From positions 1,336 through 65,335 of the forward strand of contig CAZHMG010000005.1 in the NCBI GenBank assembly GCA_964533575.1: a stretch of DNA of 64,000 nucleotides, read 5' to 3'. Positions 17,651 to 26,204 of the stretch are shown here, one piece after another. The position numbers were made by a program, and so were the translations under genes. Numbering within the stretch: position 1 is the stretch's first letter; the number at the start of each line of letters is the position of its first letter. The notes under the pieces were generated by a model, which was not told where the DNA came from, did not search any database, and saw nothing but the letters and a program-made list of their open reading frames with translations. This DNA is from an uncultured Thermoleophilia bacterium. GTDB lineage: Bacteria > Actinomycetota > Thermoleophilia > UBA2241.

Positions 17651-20600
17651 GTGACGAGGGAGGCGCAGTTGGAAAGGCAGCGGGCTTGCATTGACGGGAA
17701 TGAGGCGGCTTCACGCGTCGCCTATGCGCTGAGTGAAGTCCTAGCCATCTATCCGATCACCCCGGCTTCGCCGATGGGCGAGTACTCGGATGACTGGGCG
17801 GCTGCTGGCCGGCCGAACCTCTGGGGCGTCGTGCCTGAGGTCATCGAGATGCAGTCGGAGGCTGGCGCGGCCGGCACGCTGCACGGGGCCCTGCAGAAGG
17901 GGGCGCTGTCGACGACGTTCACAGCCTCCCAGGGACTGCTACTCATGATCCCCAACATGTTCAAGATCGCCGGGGAGCTCACGCCCAGCGTCATCCACGT
18001 GTCCGCTCGCACGCTGGCGACACACGCGCTCGCGATCTACGGCGATCACAGCGATGTGATGCACGCCCGGGCGACAGGATATGCGATGCTCTGCTCCGCC
18101 TCCGTTCAGGAGGCGCAGGATCTCGCCCTCATCGCGCACGCCGCGACGCTGCGCTCGCGCGTCCCGTTCCTGCACTTCTTCGACGGCTTCCGAACCTCGC
18201 ACGAGGTCGATAGTGTCGAGCTGCTCGGCGAGGACGACATCCGTGCGATCGTGAGTGAGGAGGACATCCTCGCTTTCCGCAGTCGGGGCCTCACGCCTGA
18301 TGCCCCTGTCCTCCGCGGCACGGCGCAGAACCCGGACACATTCTTCCAAGGTCGCGAGGCCTGCAACCCGTTCTATGAGGCCACCCCGGGGATCGTCGCC
18401 GAGGCCATGGACGCTTTCGAGCGGCGAACCGGCCGCCACTATGGCCTCGTCGAATACCAGGGAGCTCTCGACGCCGAGAGGGTCATCATCATGATGGGCT
18501 CGGGCATCGGCGCGGCGCAGCAGACGGTGGAGGCTCTGGCCGCCGCCGGTGAGCGGGTCGGCCTGCTCAAGGTGCGCCTCTACCGGCCGTTCCCGGCGGA
18601 CCAGCTCGTTGCCGCCTTGCCCCCGACTGTCCGATCTGTCGCTGTCCTTGATCGCACGAAGGAGCCCGGCGCTCTGGGCGAACCACTGTTCCTTGATGTC
18701 ATCGCGGCGCTGGCCGAGAACATGGACGGCGAACACCCTGCGTTCGAGGGCATGCCGCGAGTCATCGGCGGTCGCTATGGGCTCGCCTCAAAGGAGTTCA
18801 GGCCGAGCATGGTCAAGGCCGTGCTGGACGAGCTCTCCAAGGCGACGCCCAAGCGTCGCTTCACCGTCGGCATCGAGGACGATGTCACGCATCTCAGCCT
18901 GACTCCCGATGAGTCGTTCCGTGTCCCGCGGGCCCAAGGTGAAGTTGAGGCCATGTTCTTCGGCCTTGGTTCAGACGGGACGGTCGGCGCCAACAAGAGC
19001 TCGGTCAAGATCATCGGCGAGAACACGAACCTGCACGCGCAAGGCCACTTCGTCTACGACTCGAAAAAGTCCGGGTCGGTCACTGTGTCGCATCTGCGTT
19101 TCGGTCCCGAACCGATCCTCTCCACTTATGAGATCGACCAAGCCGATTTTATCGCGTGTCACCAGTTCGGCCTCGTAGAGAAGATGAGGATGCTGGATCG
19201 AGCCAGGGAGGGGGCGACGTTCCTGCTCAACAGCCCCTACCCCGCCTCTGAGGTCTGGGAGCACCTTCCGGCGCACGTGCAGCAAGACCTCATCGACAAG
19301 CGCATCGACTGCTGGGTGATCGACGCCAACCGGATCGCCGAGGAAGTCGGCATGGGCAACCGCATCAACACGATCATGCAGCCCTGCTTCTTCTATCTCT
19401 CTGGAGTCCTGCCCGCCGATGAAGCCATCGCGCGCATCAAGGACTCCGTGAACAAGACGTACGGCAGGCGTGGCTCGGCGGTCGTGGAGCGCAACTGGGC
19501 AGCCATCGATCGCTCCCTGCAGGAACTGGAGCAGCTCACCATCCCGGCAGAAACGATGGCCGACACCGCCGTTCAGAGTCTCGTGCCCCACGACGCGCCG
19601 GACTTCGTGAAGCGCGTCACCGCGCAGATGATGGCCGGCCAAGGCGATCTCCTGCCCGTCAGCGCCTTCCCGCCGGACGGCACGTTCCCCACTGGGACCA
19701 CGAAGTACGAGAAGCGCGCCATCGGTCGTGAAATCCCGATCTGGGATCCTTCGATCTGTATCGATTGCGGCAAGTGTTCGATCGTGTGTCCCCATGCTTC
19801 CATTCGCATGAAGGTCTACGAGCCCTCGGCGCTCCAGGGCGCCCCCGAGGGATTCAAGTCCAAGGAGTTCAAGTCCAAGGACATGCCCGGGTACAACATC
19901 ACGATTCAGTGCGCGCCGGATGATTGCACCGGATGCGGCGTCTGCGTCGAGGTGTGCCCTGCCCGCAGCAAGTCGGAGGCGCGCCACAAGGCCATCAGCA
20001 TGGAGTACGCGCTCGACCACCGCGAGGTCGAGCGTCCGCGCTGGGAGTACTTCCTGACGATTCCGGAACTCGACCGAGATCTCATGGCACACGACACGGT
20101 CAAGGGATCACAGACGCTCGAGCCGCTGTTCGAGTTCTCGGGCGCGTGCGCCGGCTGCGGCGAGACCCCATACATCAAGCTCGTGACCCAGCTCTTCGGC
20201 GACCGCATCATCATCGCCAACGCCACGGGCTGCTCGTCGATTTACGGCGGCAACCTTCCGACCACGCCGTACACGGTTAACAGGGATGGGCGTGGTCCAG
20301 CCTGGTGCAACTCACTCTTTGAAGACAATGCCGAGTTCGGCTTGGGCTTGCGCCTCGGCTATGAAGCCCAAGCCGCAAGGGCGCTTCATCTGCTGCACAA
20401 GCTCGCCCCGCGTCTCGATGGCGGGCTCGTTGACGCGATCATACGCGCCGACCAGGACTCCGAAGCCGGGATTCTGGCGCAACGGGAACGTGTCGCCCGG
20501 CTCACTGAGGATCTGAATGCCCTCGACGGCGACGACCCCGAGGTTCGTCATCTGTTGGCGCTTGTGGACAACCTCGTCAACAAGGGAGTCTGGATCGTCG

Positions 20601-21283
20601 GAGGCGACGGCTGGGCCTACGATATCGGCTTTGGCGGACTCGACCACATCTTCTCGTCGGGCCGAAACGTCAACATTCTCGTGCTCGATACCGAGGTGTA
20701 CTCGAACACGGGCGGGCAGGCGTCGAAAGCCACACCGCGCGGCGCCGTCGCCAAGTTCGCGTCGTGGGGCAAGTCCACGCCGAAGAAGGACCTCGGAGCC
20801 ATTGCCGCGTCGTACGGCTCCGTGTACGTCGCGCAGATCGCGCTCGGCGCCAACGACGCGCAGACCGTCAAGGCTCTGCTCGAGGCGGACGCCTGGCCCG
20901 GTCCCTCGCTGATCATCGCCTACAGCACCTGCGTTGCTCACGGCATCGACATGGCGCGTTCGATGCAGCACCAGAAGGACGCCGTGAAGAGCGGCTACTG
21001 GCCGCTGTATCGTTTCCGTCCCACTGATACGCCGGACGGCCAGCCGTTCACGCTCGATTCCCGAGAGCCTTCACTTCCGGTGCGCGAGTTCCTCGCGGAC
21101 GAGGCGCGTTTCGCGATCCTCGGCAGGACGCATCCGGAGCGCTCGGAGCGTTTGCTCGACCTGATCCAGGCGGATGTCGACGAACGGTGGCGCTACTACC
21201 AGCAACTGACGTCAGTCGCGCGCAGCGTCCCCTGTGAGCCTGAGACCAGTGTCGATCGCCAGGACGAGGAGGTCCCTCAGTGA
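17651..21283 (+). CDS. nifJ: pyruvate:ferredoxin (flavodoxin) oxidoreductase, single-polypeptide form
   Basis: The protein is 1210 aa. N-terminal IDGNEAASRVAYALSEVLAIYPITPASPM is present. Two ferredoxin-type 4Fe-4S motifs (CIDCGKCSIVCP, CTGCGVCVEVCP), the TPP domain GGDGWAYDIG, and a GTG start are present. Confidence 0.9.
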   Translation: MTREAQLERQRACIDGNEAASRVAYALSEVLAIYPITPASPMGEYSDDWAAAGRPNLWGVVPEVIEMQSEAGAAGTLHGALQKGALSTTFTASQGLLLMIPNMFKIAGELTPSVIHVSARTLATHALAIYGDHSDVMHARATGYAMLCSASVQEAQDLALIAHAATLRSRVPFLHFFDGFRTSHEVDSVELLGEDDIRAIVSEEDILAFRSRGLTPDAPVLRGTAQNPDTFFQGREACNPFYEATPGIVAEAMDAFERRTGRHYGLVEYQGALDAERVIIMMGSGIGAAQQTVEALAAAGERVGLLKVRLYRPFPADQLVAALPPTVRSVAVLDRTKEPGALGEPLFLDVIAALAENMDGEHPAFEGMPRVIGGRYGLASKEFRPSMVKAVLDELSKATPKRRFTVGIEDDVTHLSLTPDESFRVPRAQGEVEAMFFGLGSDGTVGANKSSVKIIGENTNLHAQGHFVYDSKKSGSVTVSHLRFGPEPILSTYEIDQADFIACHQFGLVEKMRMLDRAREGATFLLNSPYPASEVWEHLPAHVQQDLIDKRIDCWVIDANRIAEEVGMGNRINTIMQPCFFYLSGVLPADEAIARIKDSVNKTYGRRGSAVVERNWAAIDRSLQELEQLTIPAETMADTAVQSLVPHDAPDFVKRVTAQMMAGQGDLLPVSAFPPDGTFPTGTTKYEKRAIGREIPIWDPSICIDCGKCSIVCPHASIRMKVYEPSALQGAPEGFKSKEFKSKDMPGYNITIQCAPDDCTGCGVCVEVCPARSKSEARHKAISMEYALDHREVERPRWEYFLTIPELDRDLMAHDTVKGSQTLEPLFEFSGACAGCGETPYIKLVTQLFGDRIIIANATGCSSIYGGNLPTTPYTVNRDGRGPAWCNSLFEDNAEFGLGLRLGYEAQAARALHLLHKLAPRLDGGLVDAIIRADQDSEAGILAQRERVARLTEDLNALDGDDPEVRHLLALVDNLVNKGVWIVGGDGWAYDIGFGGLDHIFSSGRNVNILVLDTEVYSNTGGQASKATPRGAVAKFASWGKSTPKKDLGAIAASYGSVYVAQIALGANDAQTVKALLEADAWPGPSLIIAYSTCVAHGIDMARSMQHQKDAVKSGYWPLYRFRPTDTPDGQPFTLDSREPSLPVREFLADEARFAILGRTHPERSERLLDLIQADVDERWRYYQQLTSVARSVPCEPETSVDRQDEEVPQ

Positions 21284-22290
21284 CACGTCTGGGCACGTCA
21301 TACCTTGGAATCGAGCTCCGTTCGCCGCTCGTGGCATCAGCAGGTCCGCTGACGAGAGATCCCGATAGCGCGCTGCGTCTCGAGGAGGCAGGAGCGGCCG
21401 CCGTCGTACTGCCGTCGCTCTTCGAGGAAGAGGTGATTCACGAACAGGTCCAGCTCAACCGAGCGCTGGAGGCCGGCGCCGAGGGTTTCGCCGAGGCGAT
21501 GAACTACTTCCCCGAGATCACCGCATTCCAGACGACGTCCGACCAGTACCTTGCCTCGATCGAGAGAATGAAGGCCAAGCTGGACATTCCCGTGATCGCG
21601 AGCCTCAACGCAACGTCGATCGGGGGCTGGATGCGTTTCGCAGGCCAGGTCGAGGCAGCGGGCGCCGACGCCCTCGAGCTCAACCTGTATCACATCGCGA
21701 CGGACCCCTATCTCACCGGCTTCGCGCTCGAATCGAACGATGTGGCGGTGGTCCGAGAGGTGAGGGAGACGATCAATATCCCGCTTGCAGTCAAGCTGTC
21801 CCCGTACTACTCGACGCTGGCCAGTTTCGCCAGAGAGGTGACGGGGGCCGGCGCAGACGGTCTCGTGCTCTTCAACCGCTTCTATCAGCCTGACCTCGAC
21901 GCCGACACCCGAGAGGTGATTCCGCGTGTCGAGCTGAGCCAGCCGTGGGAAGCGCGCCTGCCTGTCATGTGGACGGCCATTCTGCGGTCGCGGTTGGAGC
22001 CCGGCGTCTCCCTTGCGGCGACCTCGGGCATCCACTCCGGCTTGGATGCCGCCAAGGCCCTGCTCGCAGGGGCCGACGTGGCGATGATGACCTCAGCCCT
22101 GCTCCTGCACGGCGCTGGGCACTTCGCCACGGTCGAGCGCGAGCTCGTCGAGTGGATGGACCGTAACGAATATGCCTCCGTTGCCGAGCTCAAGGGGAGC
22201 GCCAGCTACTTGTCCAGCGACAATCCGGCCGCTTTCGAGCGGGCCAACTACGTCCGTACTCTGCATTCCTGGAGCGGGCCGAGATCGTGA
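21280..22290 (+). CDS. dihydroorotate dehydrogenase / dihydropyrimidine dehydrogenase family TIM-barrel flavoprotein
   Basis: IELRSPLVASAGPLT, LELNLYHI and LAVKLSPYY match the class-1 DHOD-like fold. The start GTG overlaps the PFOR stop by 4 nt. Confidence 0.7.
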   Translation: MTRLGTSYLGIELRSPLVASAGPLTRDPDSALRLEEAGAAAVVLPSLFEEEVIHEQVQLNRALEAGAEGFAEAMNYFPEITAFQTTSDQYLASIERMKAKLDIPVIASLNATSIGGWMRFAGQVEAAGADALELNLYHIATDPYLTGFALESNDVAVVREVRETINIPLAVKLSPYYSTLASFAREVTGAGADGLVLFNRFYQPDLDADTREVIPRVELSQPWEARLPVMWTAILRSRLEPGVSLAATSGIHSGLDAAKALLAGADVAMMTSALLLHGAGHFATVERELVEWMDRNEYASVAELKGSASYLSSDNPAAFERANYVRTLHSWSGPRS

Positions 22291-22366
22291 ACACGAAAGG
22301 CAGACGGAAATCGTCCGCGACGGTGCCGTCAGTTGCAGAGTCATCTGGCCCGGGTAGAGTGCGTAC

Positions 22367-22948
22367 GTGAACATACGGGAACAGATTCTGGCGCCGCTGA
22401 CGCAGATTCGCGATCGCGGCCAGAAGCTCGTCCAGCTCAACATCGAGTTGCTGAAGGCAGAGCTCAAGGAGAAGGGCGCCCGCTATGCGGGCGCCCTCGC
22501 TCTGCTCGTCGTCGCCGGCGTGCTTGCCTTGTATGCCCTCGGATTCGTGCTTGTGACGATCACCGTCGCGCTCTCGCTGGTCCTTCCGCTGTGGCTGTCG
22601 CTGCTGATCGTGACGGTGGTCCTCCTGCTGCTCGTGGTCGTGCTCGCTGTCGTCGGCCGGAATCGACTGAAGCAGGCCGGGACTCCAGCTCCCGAACGTG
22701 CAGTGGCGGAGGGACAAGCCACAGTGGTGATGGTGAAGGGGAAGGTCGAGCAGTCGGTGAGCAGCTCGCGATCACACTGGTCCCGCACCCGCAGTCCCCA
22801 TCGTCCTCCGGGACAGGCCCCGCCCCACACGCCCAGGTGGCCCGTCAGGCCTGAGGCGAAGACGCCGGCGACGACTCCCGGCAGGGAGCCGGAGAGGGTG
22901 GCCGGAACCGATACATCGACACAGACTGGGCGGGTGGAGCAGACATGA
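22367..22948 (+). CDS. Holin-X / phage-holin-superfamily-III-like membrane protein (DUF1469-like)
   Basis: An amphipathic N-terminus is followed by two TM helices (LALLVVAGVLALYALGFVLVTITVAL; LWLSLLIVTVVLLLLVVVLAVV). The tail is Pro/Arg-rich and disordered. Confidence 0.55.
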   Translation: MNIREQILAPLTQIRDRGQKLVQLNIELLKAELKEKGARYAGALALLVVAGVLALYALGFVLVTITVALSLVLPLWLSLLIVTVVLLLLVVVLAVVGRNRLKQAGTPAPERAVAEGQATVVMVKGKVEQSVSSSRSHWSRTRSPHRPPGQAPPHTPRWPVRPEAKTPATTPGREPERVAGTDTSTQTGRVEQT

Positions 22949-23208
22949 GTGATTCCTTGCCTGGGCGGCAGAGAACGCCGGAGGAAATCGCGCAGGATGT
23001 GCGTCGCGGACGTGAGCGATTGGCTGAGTCCCTCGACGATCTGCAGCAAGGCATTGACAGGGCTGCTGAGGAGTCACGTGTCAGAGTGGATCAAGTCGCG
23101 GCCACGACTCGGCGGGCTGCTCCCTTCGTCGCCGGCGCAGCCGTTACCATATTCGTGGGGGGCGCGCTCCTCCGCCGCCGCGCGCGGCGCTTGTATCGTC
23201 GCGATTAG
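22945..23208 (+). CDS. DUF3618-family protein (usual partner of Holin-X)
   Basis: The 87-aa protein has the PEEIAQDVRRGRERLAESLDDLQ helix and a C-terminal TM segment (AAVTIFVGGALL). There is a 4-nt overlap with the upstream gene. Confidence 0.5.
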   Translation: MSDSLPGRQRTPEEIAQDVRRGRERLAESLDDLQQGIDRAAEESRVRVDQVAATTRRAAPFVAGAAVTIFVGGALLRRRARRLYRRD

Positions 23209-23226
23209 GGGGAAGGGCTTCGCGGC

Positions 23227-24297
23227 TTGCCGGCCTGCCGCCGGAGTGCATCCGTTGTGAGTCGAGCGCTCATATCCGGACGTCTCGTGGCGAGCGCGGG
23301 CGTGGCGAGAGTGCGTGATCGTCCCCACACACTCAGTCATCTCATCACGTCCCGGTGCAACGCTCGCTGCCGCACCTGCCTCTGGCGGGGAGACAACGAC
23401 GACGACCTCGACACGGACGCGATCGCGTGGCTCTACACCCAAGCCGCGCGTCTGGGCATAGGCCAGCTCGTCGTCTGGGGCGGCGAGCCGCTGTTGCGTC
23501 CGGATCTTGAGGACGTCCTGCTCATTGCCCGCCGTCGTGGCCTCTTCGTGACGCTGATCACCAACGGCTGGCTGATCCCGGAGCGCTGGGCTGGTCTACG
23601 GAAAAATGTGGACGCCCTGATTCTCAGTCTGGACGACGTGGGCGAGGCACACGACGGCTTGAGGGGCTTGCCGGGGCTGTACGATCGTCTGGACGCATTC
23701 GCCCTATCGCTTCGCTCGCACGCCGTGCGTCCAACTCTGCTCGTGAACACGGTGCTCTCCCGCCAGAACGCCGGCGCCCTGCCACGCGTTGCCGCCGCGG
23801 CGCGGCGCTGGGGCGCCGGGCTGTACTTCTGCCCGATGCAGACGGGTGAGATGCGCGCCGGCTCCTTCGTGGAGAGGAAGGCCGGCTTGGGCCTGTCGAG
23901 CGAGGCACTCATGGTGGCCGCCCGGGAGGCGCGGCTGCTCAAGGCCCGGGGGTATCCCATTTTGAATACGAAGGCCTATCTCGATCTGCTCCAGCGCGAC
24001 CCGGAGCTCAAGTCTTACCGGTGCCGCGCTCCACACGCCGTGATCACGGCAGCCGCCGACGGCGCCATCCGCGACTGCCGCCGGCATGACGAGCCACTTG
24101 CCAGGGTCGATCAGATGCGGCAGTCCCATCTGCCTTTGTCCACGGTACTGGCGTTGCCGCGGCGCCGTCAGTTGCTCACTGAGGCAACCACCTGTACCGT
24201 CTGCAACAATCCGGACGTCATCGAACTCTCCTGGCTCTGGGATATGCATCCGGCGATGCTGGGCAAGTTCCTCCAGCTCGCCGGACGGCGACGTTGA
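23227..24297 (+). CDS. radical SAM protein with SPASM/twitch-like C-terminal Cys motif
   Basis: The motif CNARCRTC (Cx3Cx2C) is followed by a GGEPLL glycine-rich SAM motif. The C-terminus reads C-x11-G-x4-C ... CTVC, as in SPASM auxiliary-cluster domains. Confidence 0.7.
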   Translation: MPACRRSASVVSRALISGRLVASAGVARVRDRPHTLSHLITSRCNARCRTCLWRGDNDDDLDTDAIAWLYTQAARLGIGQLVVWGGEPLLRPDLEDVLLIARRRGLFVTLITNGWLIPERWAGLRKNVDALILSLDDVGEAHDGLRGLPGLYDRLDAFALSLRSHAVRPTLLVNTVLSRQNAGALPRVAAAARRWGAGLYFCPMQTGEMRAGSFVERKAGLGLSSEALMVAAREARLLKARGYPILNTKAYLDLLQRDPELKSYRCRAPHAVITAAADGAIRDCRRHDEPLARVDQMRQSHLPLSTVLALPRRRQLLTEATTCTVCNNPDVIELSWLWDMHPAMLGKFLQLAGRRR

Positions 24298-24306
24298 ACG
24301 CGTCTC

Positions 24307-25566
24307 TCAGTAGCGCAGGATCGCCGCGATCTCCGCTTGGTGAGGCATGCGCTCGTCCTCAAGCGCGTACACATTTCCGCCTTTCGCGATGGTCTCGACA
24401 AGCGCCCTGTCGAGCAACTCCTCGTCTCCGAGCTGACGCTCGTCGTGAACGGAGGGCACACCCGACTCGTTGTCGACCGCGCCCCAGACGGACGCCCCGT
24501 CCGCGAGGAGCAGCGTACCCACTCGCCCCTGCATGGCGGCAGGAAGGACGGCCGCCACTCCATGCAGTGCCTCGCCATGAGCCTCTCGGATCTCATACTT
24601 GTCGCGCTCCCCGTCGGCCCGTGCCAACACACGCGGCTCGATCAGCGCCCACGTTCGCGCGTGCAACAGCCCGTCGTCGAGCTGCTCTGTATTGCCATCG
24701 GCCGCGTCCTGCATGACGTGTCTGTATCGCGTGGCGGAGCGGAACAGGGGCAGGAGGTACTCGATGCCGGCCAGCAAGAGTGGATCCCGCTCGTCACGGA
24801 GGACCTCCATCACGCTCGCGTCAAGCTGGCGGAAGTACTCGAGGAGCCGTTCGTCGTCGTCGTCGCTGGCCTGCCCGTGACCGTGAAAGACGGCCGTGCT
24901 TCGATTGCCGACGCGAGCGCCGGTCCTGACCTGGAACTGCCGCTCCTGGCCCTCCACGGTTTCGAGCAGGTCATCCAGGCTGGCCGGCGCGCCTCGCAGG
25001 TCGATATCCTCCAGCCCGAAGCGATCCCCGCGCAAGAGCCGCGGCCCGCGGCGGTTCAGCGTGAGAACAAAGTATGTCTGGTCCCGCACCAGGCCGAGGA
25101 CGAGGGGTCGCAGATTGAAACGCGTGCCGGCTACAGCCATCTCGGGCACGGAGAACGGGACTTGGAAGGTGCGCATGGTGTCCGGCGTCAAGAAGACCGC
25201 AAGGCCCGCGTCCTGGTGGCTCCAGAAGAGGGTGTCACCCACGAGGTCGCGAGCTGGCTGCAGGAGAGAGGCGACCTCAGGTGTCCGCTGCCCGGACGCT
25301 TCGAGCTCGGACGCTGCCCGATCAAGGAGATTGCGGAAGCGCAGTGGATCCTGGACGATCTCGCGACCCCTTCTGTGCACGGGGACATAGATGGTGACTC
25401 GAGACTCGCCTCTGTCGTCCTGAAGCGCCGTGACATCGTTCCACGTCGGAGTGATCAGGTGGCTCACCTGCCTTTCGCCTCGCGCGAGTATGTACAAGCC
25501 GAGGGCCGGATGCTGGAGGACCGTCCACGATCCCGGACTGTCCGCTTCGGTCCATCGGTAAACCAT
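24307..25566 (-). CDS. bacterial eRF1/Pelota-like protein (baeRF / Vms1-type candidate peptidyl-tRNA hydrolase)
   Basis: The central segment AVFHGHGQASDDDDERLLEYFRQLD parallels eRF1 domain 2 (HGRGGQSALRF...NYVRKVAE). The C-terminus ...AEIAAILRY matches the eRF1/Pelota domain-3 ending GGIGGILRY. The start was chosen at MVYRWTEAD; the first 103 codons of the ORF are Pro/Ala-rich and probably non-coding. Confidence 0.5.
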   Translation of the reverse strand: MVYRWTEADSPGSWTVLQHPALGLYILARGERQVSHLITPTWNDVTALQDDRGESRVTIYVPVHRRGREIVQDPLRFRNLLDRAASELEASGQRTPEVASLLQPARDLVGDTLFWSHQDAGLAVFLTPDTMRTFQVPFSVPEMAVAGTRFNLRPLVLGLVRDQTYFVLTLNRRGPRLLRGDRFGLEDIDLRGAPASLDDLLETVEGQERQFQVRTGARVGNRSTAVFHGHGQASDDDDERLLEYFRQLDASVMEVLRDERDPLLLAGIEYLLPLFRSATRYRHVMQDAADGNTEQLDDGLLHARTWALIEPRVLARADGERDKYEIREAHGEALHGVAAVLPAAMQGRVGTLLLADGASVWGAVDNESGVPSVHDERQLGDEELLDRALVETIAKGGNVYALEDERMPHQAEIAAILRY

Positions 25567-25663
25567 CGCTGCTGACGAGGCGAGTCCAGTCGTCTGCTCG
25601 AACGTTGAACGGGAGGGCGCCGGAAGGATAGGCTGGCTCAACGGCGGCAGGGGGTGGACGACC

Positions 25664-26074
25664 ATGCTGAGTCGCTTCCGCGGCCCCGACCCGATCATGC
25701 AGGTGTTGTTCCAACTGATCACCCATATCGTGACGATCGCGGGGACCGCGGGAGGTCGTAGCGTCTTGCTAGTACTCGCCATTACCATCCACAATGTCCG
25801 TGAGGGGTTCGCGGTGGGCGTGGCGTGCGGCGCCACGGCGGCAGGGCTCCCGGGGGCAACACGTGGGGTGGCCATGGCGCGCGCACGGGGAATCGGTATT
25901 CAGCATGTTCCGGAAGGCGCTGAAGCGTCATGGCCGGTGATCCGCGTGCGCCTGTCACGCGCACAGCTTCTGGTGAAGTCTGTACTCAGGCGTGGTGGAG
26001 CTGCTGGTCGTCGCACCAGTGAGAGCGATGCGCGCCTTGCTGTGATGATGCTCCGGGAAGTGGCGATTGGCTGA
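25664..26074 (+). pseudogene. decayed fragment of a ZIP-family (ZupT/GufA-like) metal transporter
   Basis: Two ZIP signature motifs occur in order: LAITIHNVREGFAVGVACGA (HNxPEG with Pro replaced by Arg) and GIGIQHVPEGAEAS. The N-terminal half is missing and the C-terminal part is non-hydrophobic. Confidence 0.4.
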
Positions 26075-26204
26075 ACAGCGGACATCGCGCGTGGCCCCCC
26101 TGGGATCGGTGGTTCGGCCGCTCGCCTCGGCGGGTACCCCCAGTAAGGCGAGCGGTGGTTCCCATCTGCCGGAGGAGGGGCAATTGGCGGTGCCGAGGCG
26201 GAAG

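Noticed and set aside
22560-22640. Repetitive ctg/gtc-rich stretch that looked like short tandem repeats or a CRISPR-like array
   Set aside because: It encodes the Leu/Val-rich transmembrane helix of the Holin-X-like protein. There is no spacer-repeat periodicity.
24337-25575. 412-aa ORF on the plus strand antisense to the eRF1-like gene
   Set aside because: It has an Arg-rich, low-complexity composition typical of antisense frames in 70% GC DNA. The minus-strand frame carries the recognisable eRF1 domain-2 and domain-3 motifs.
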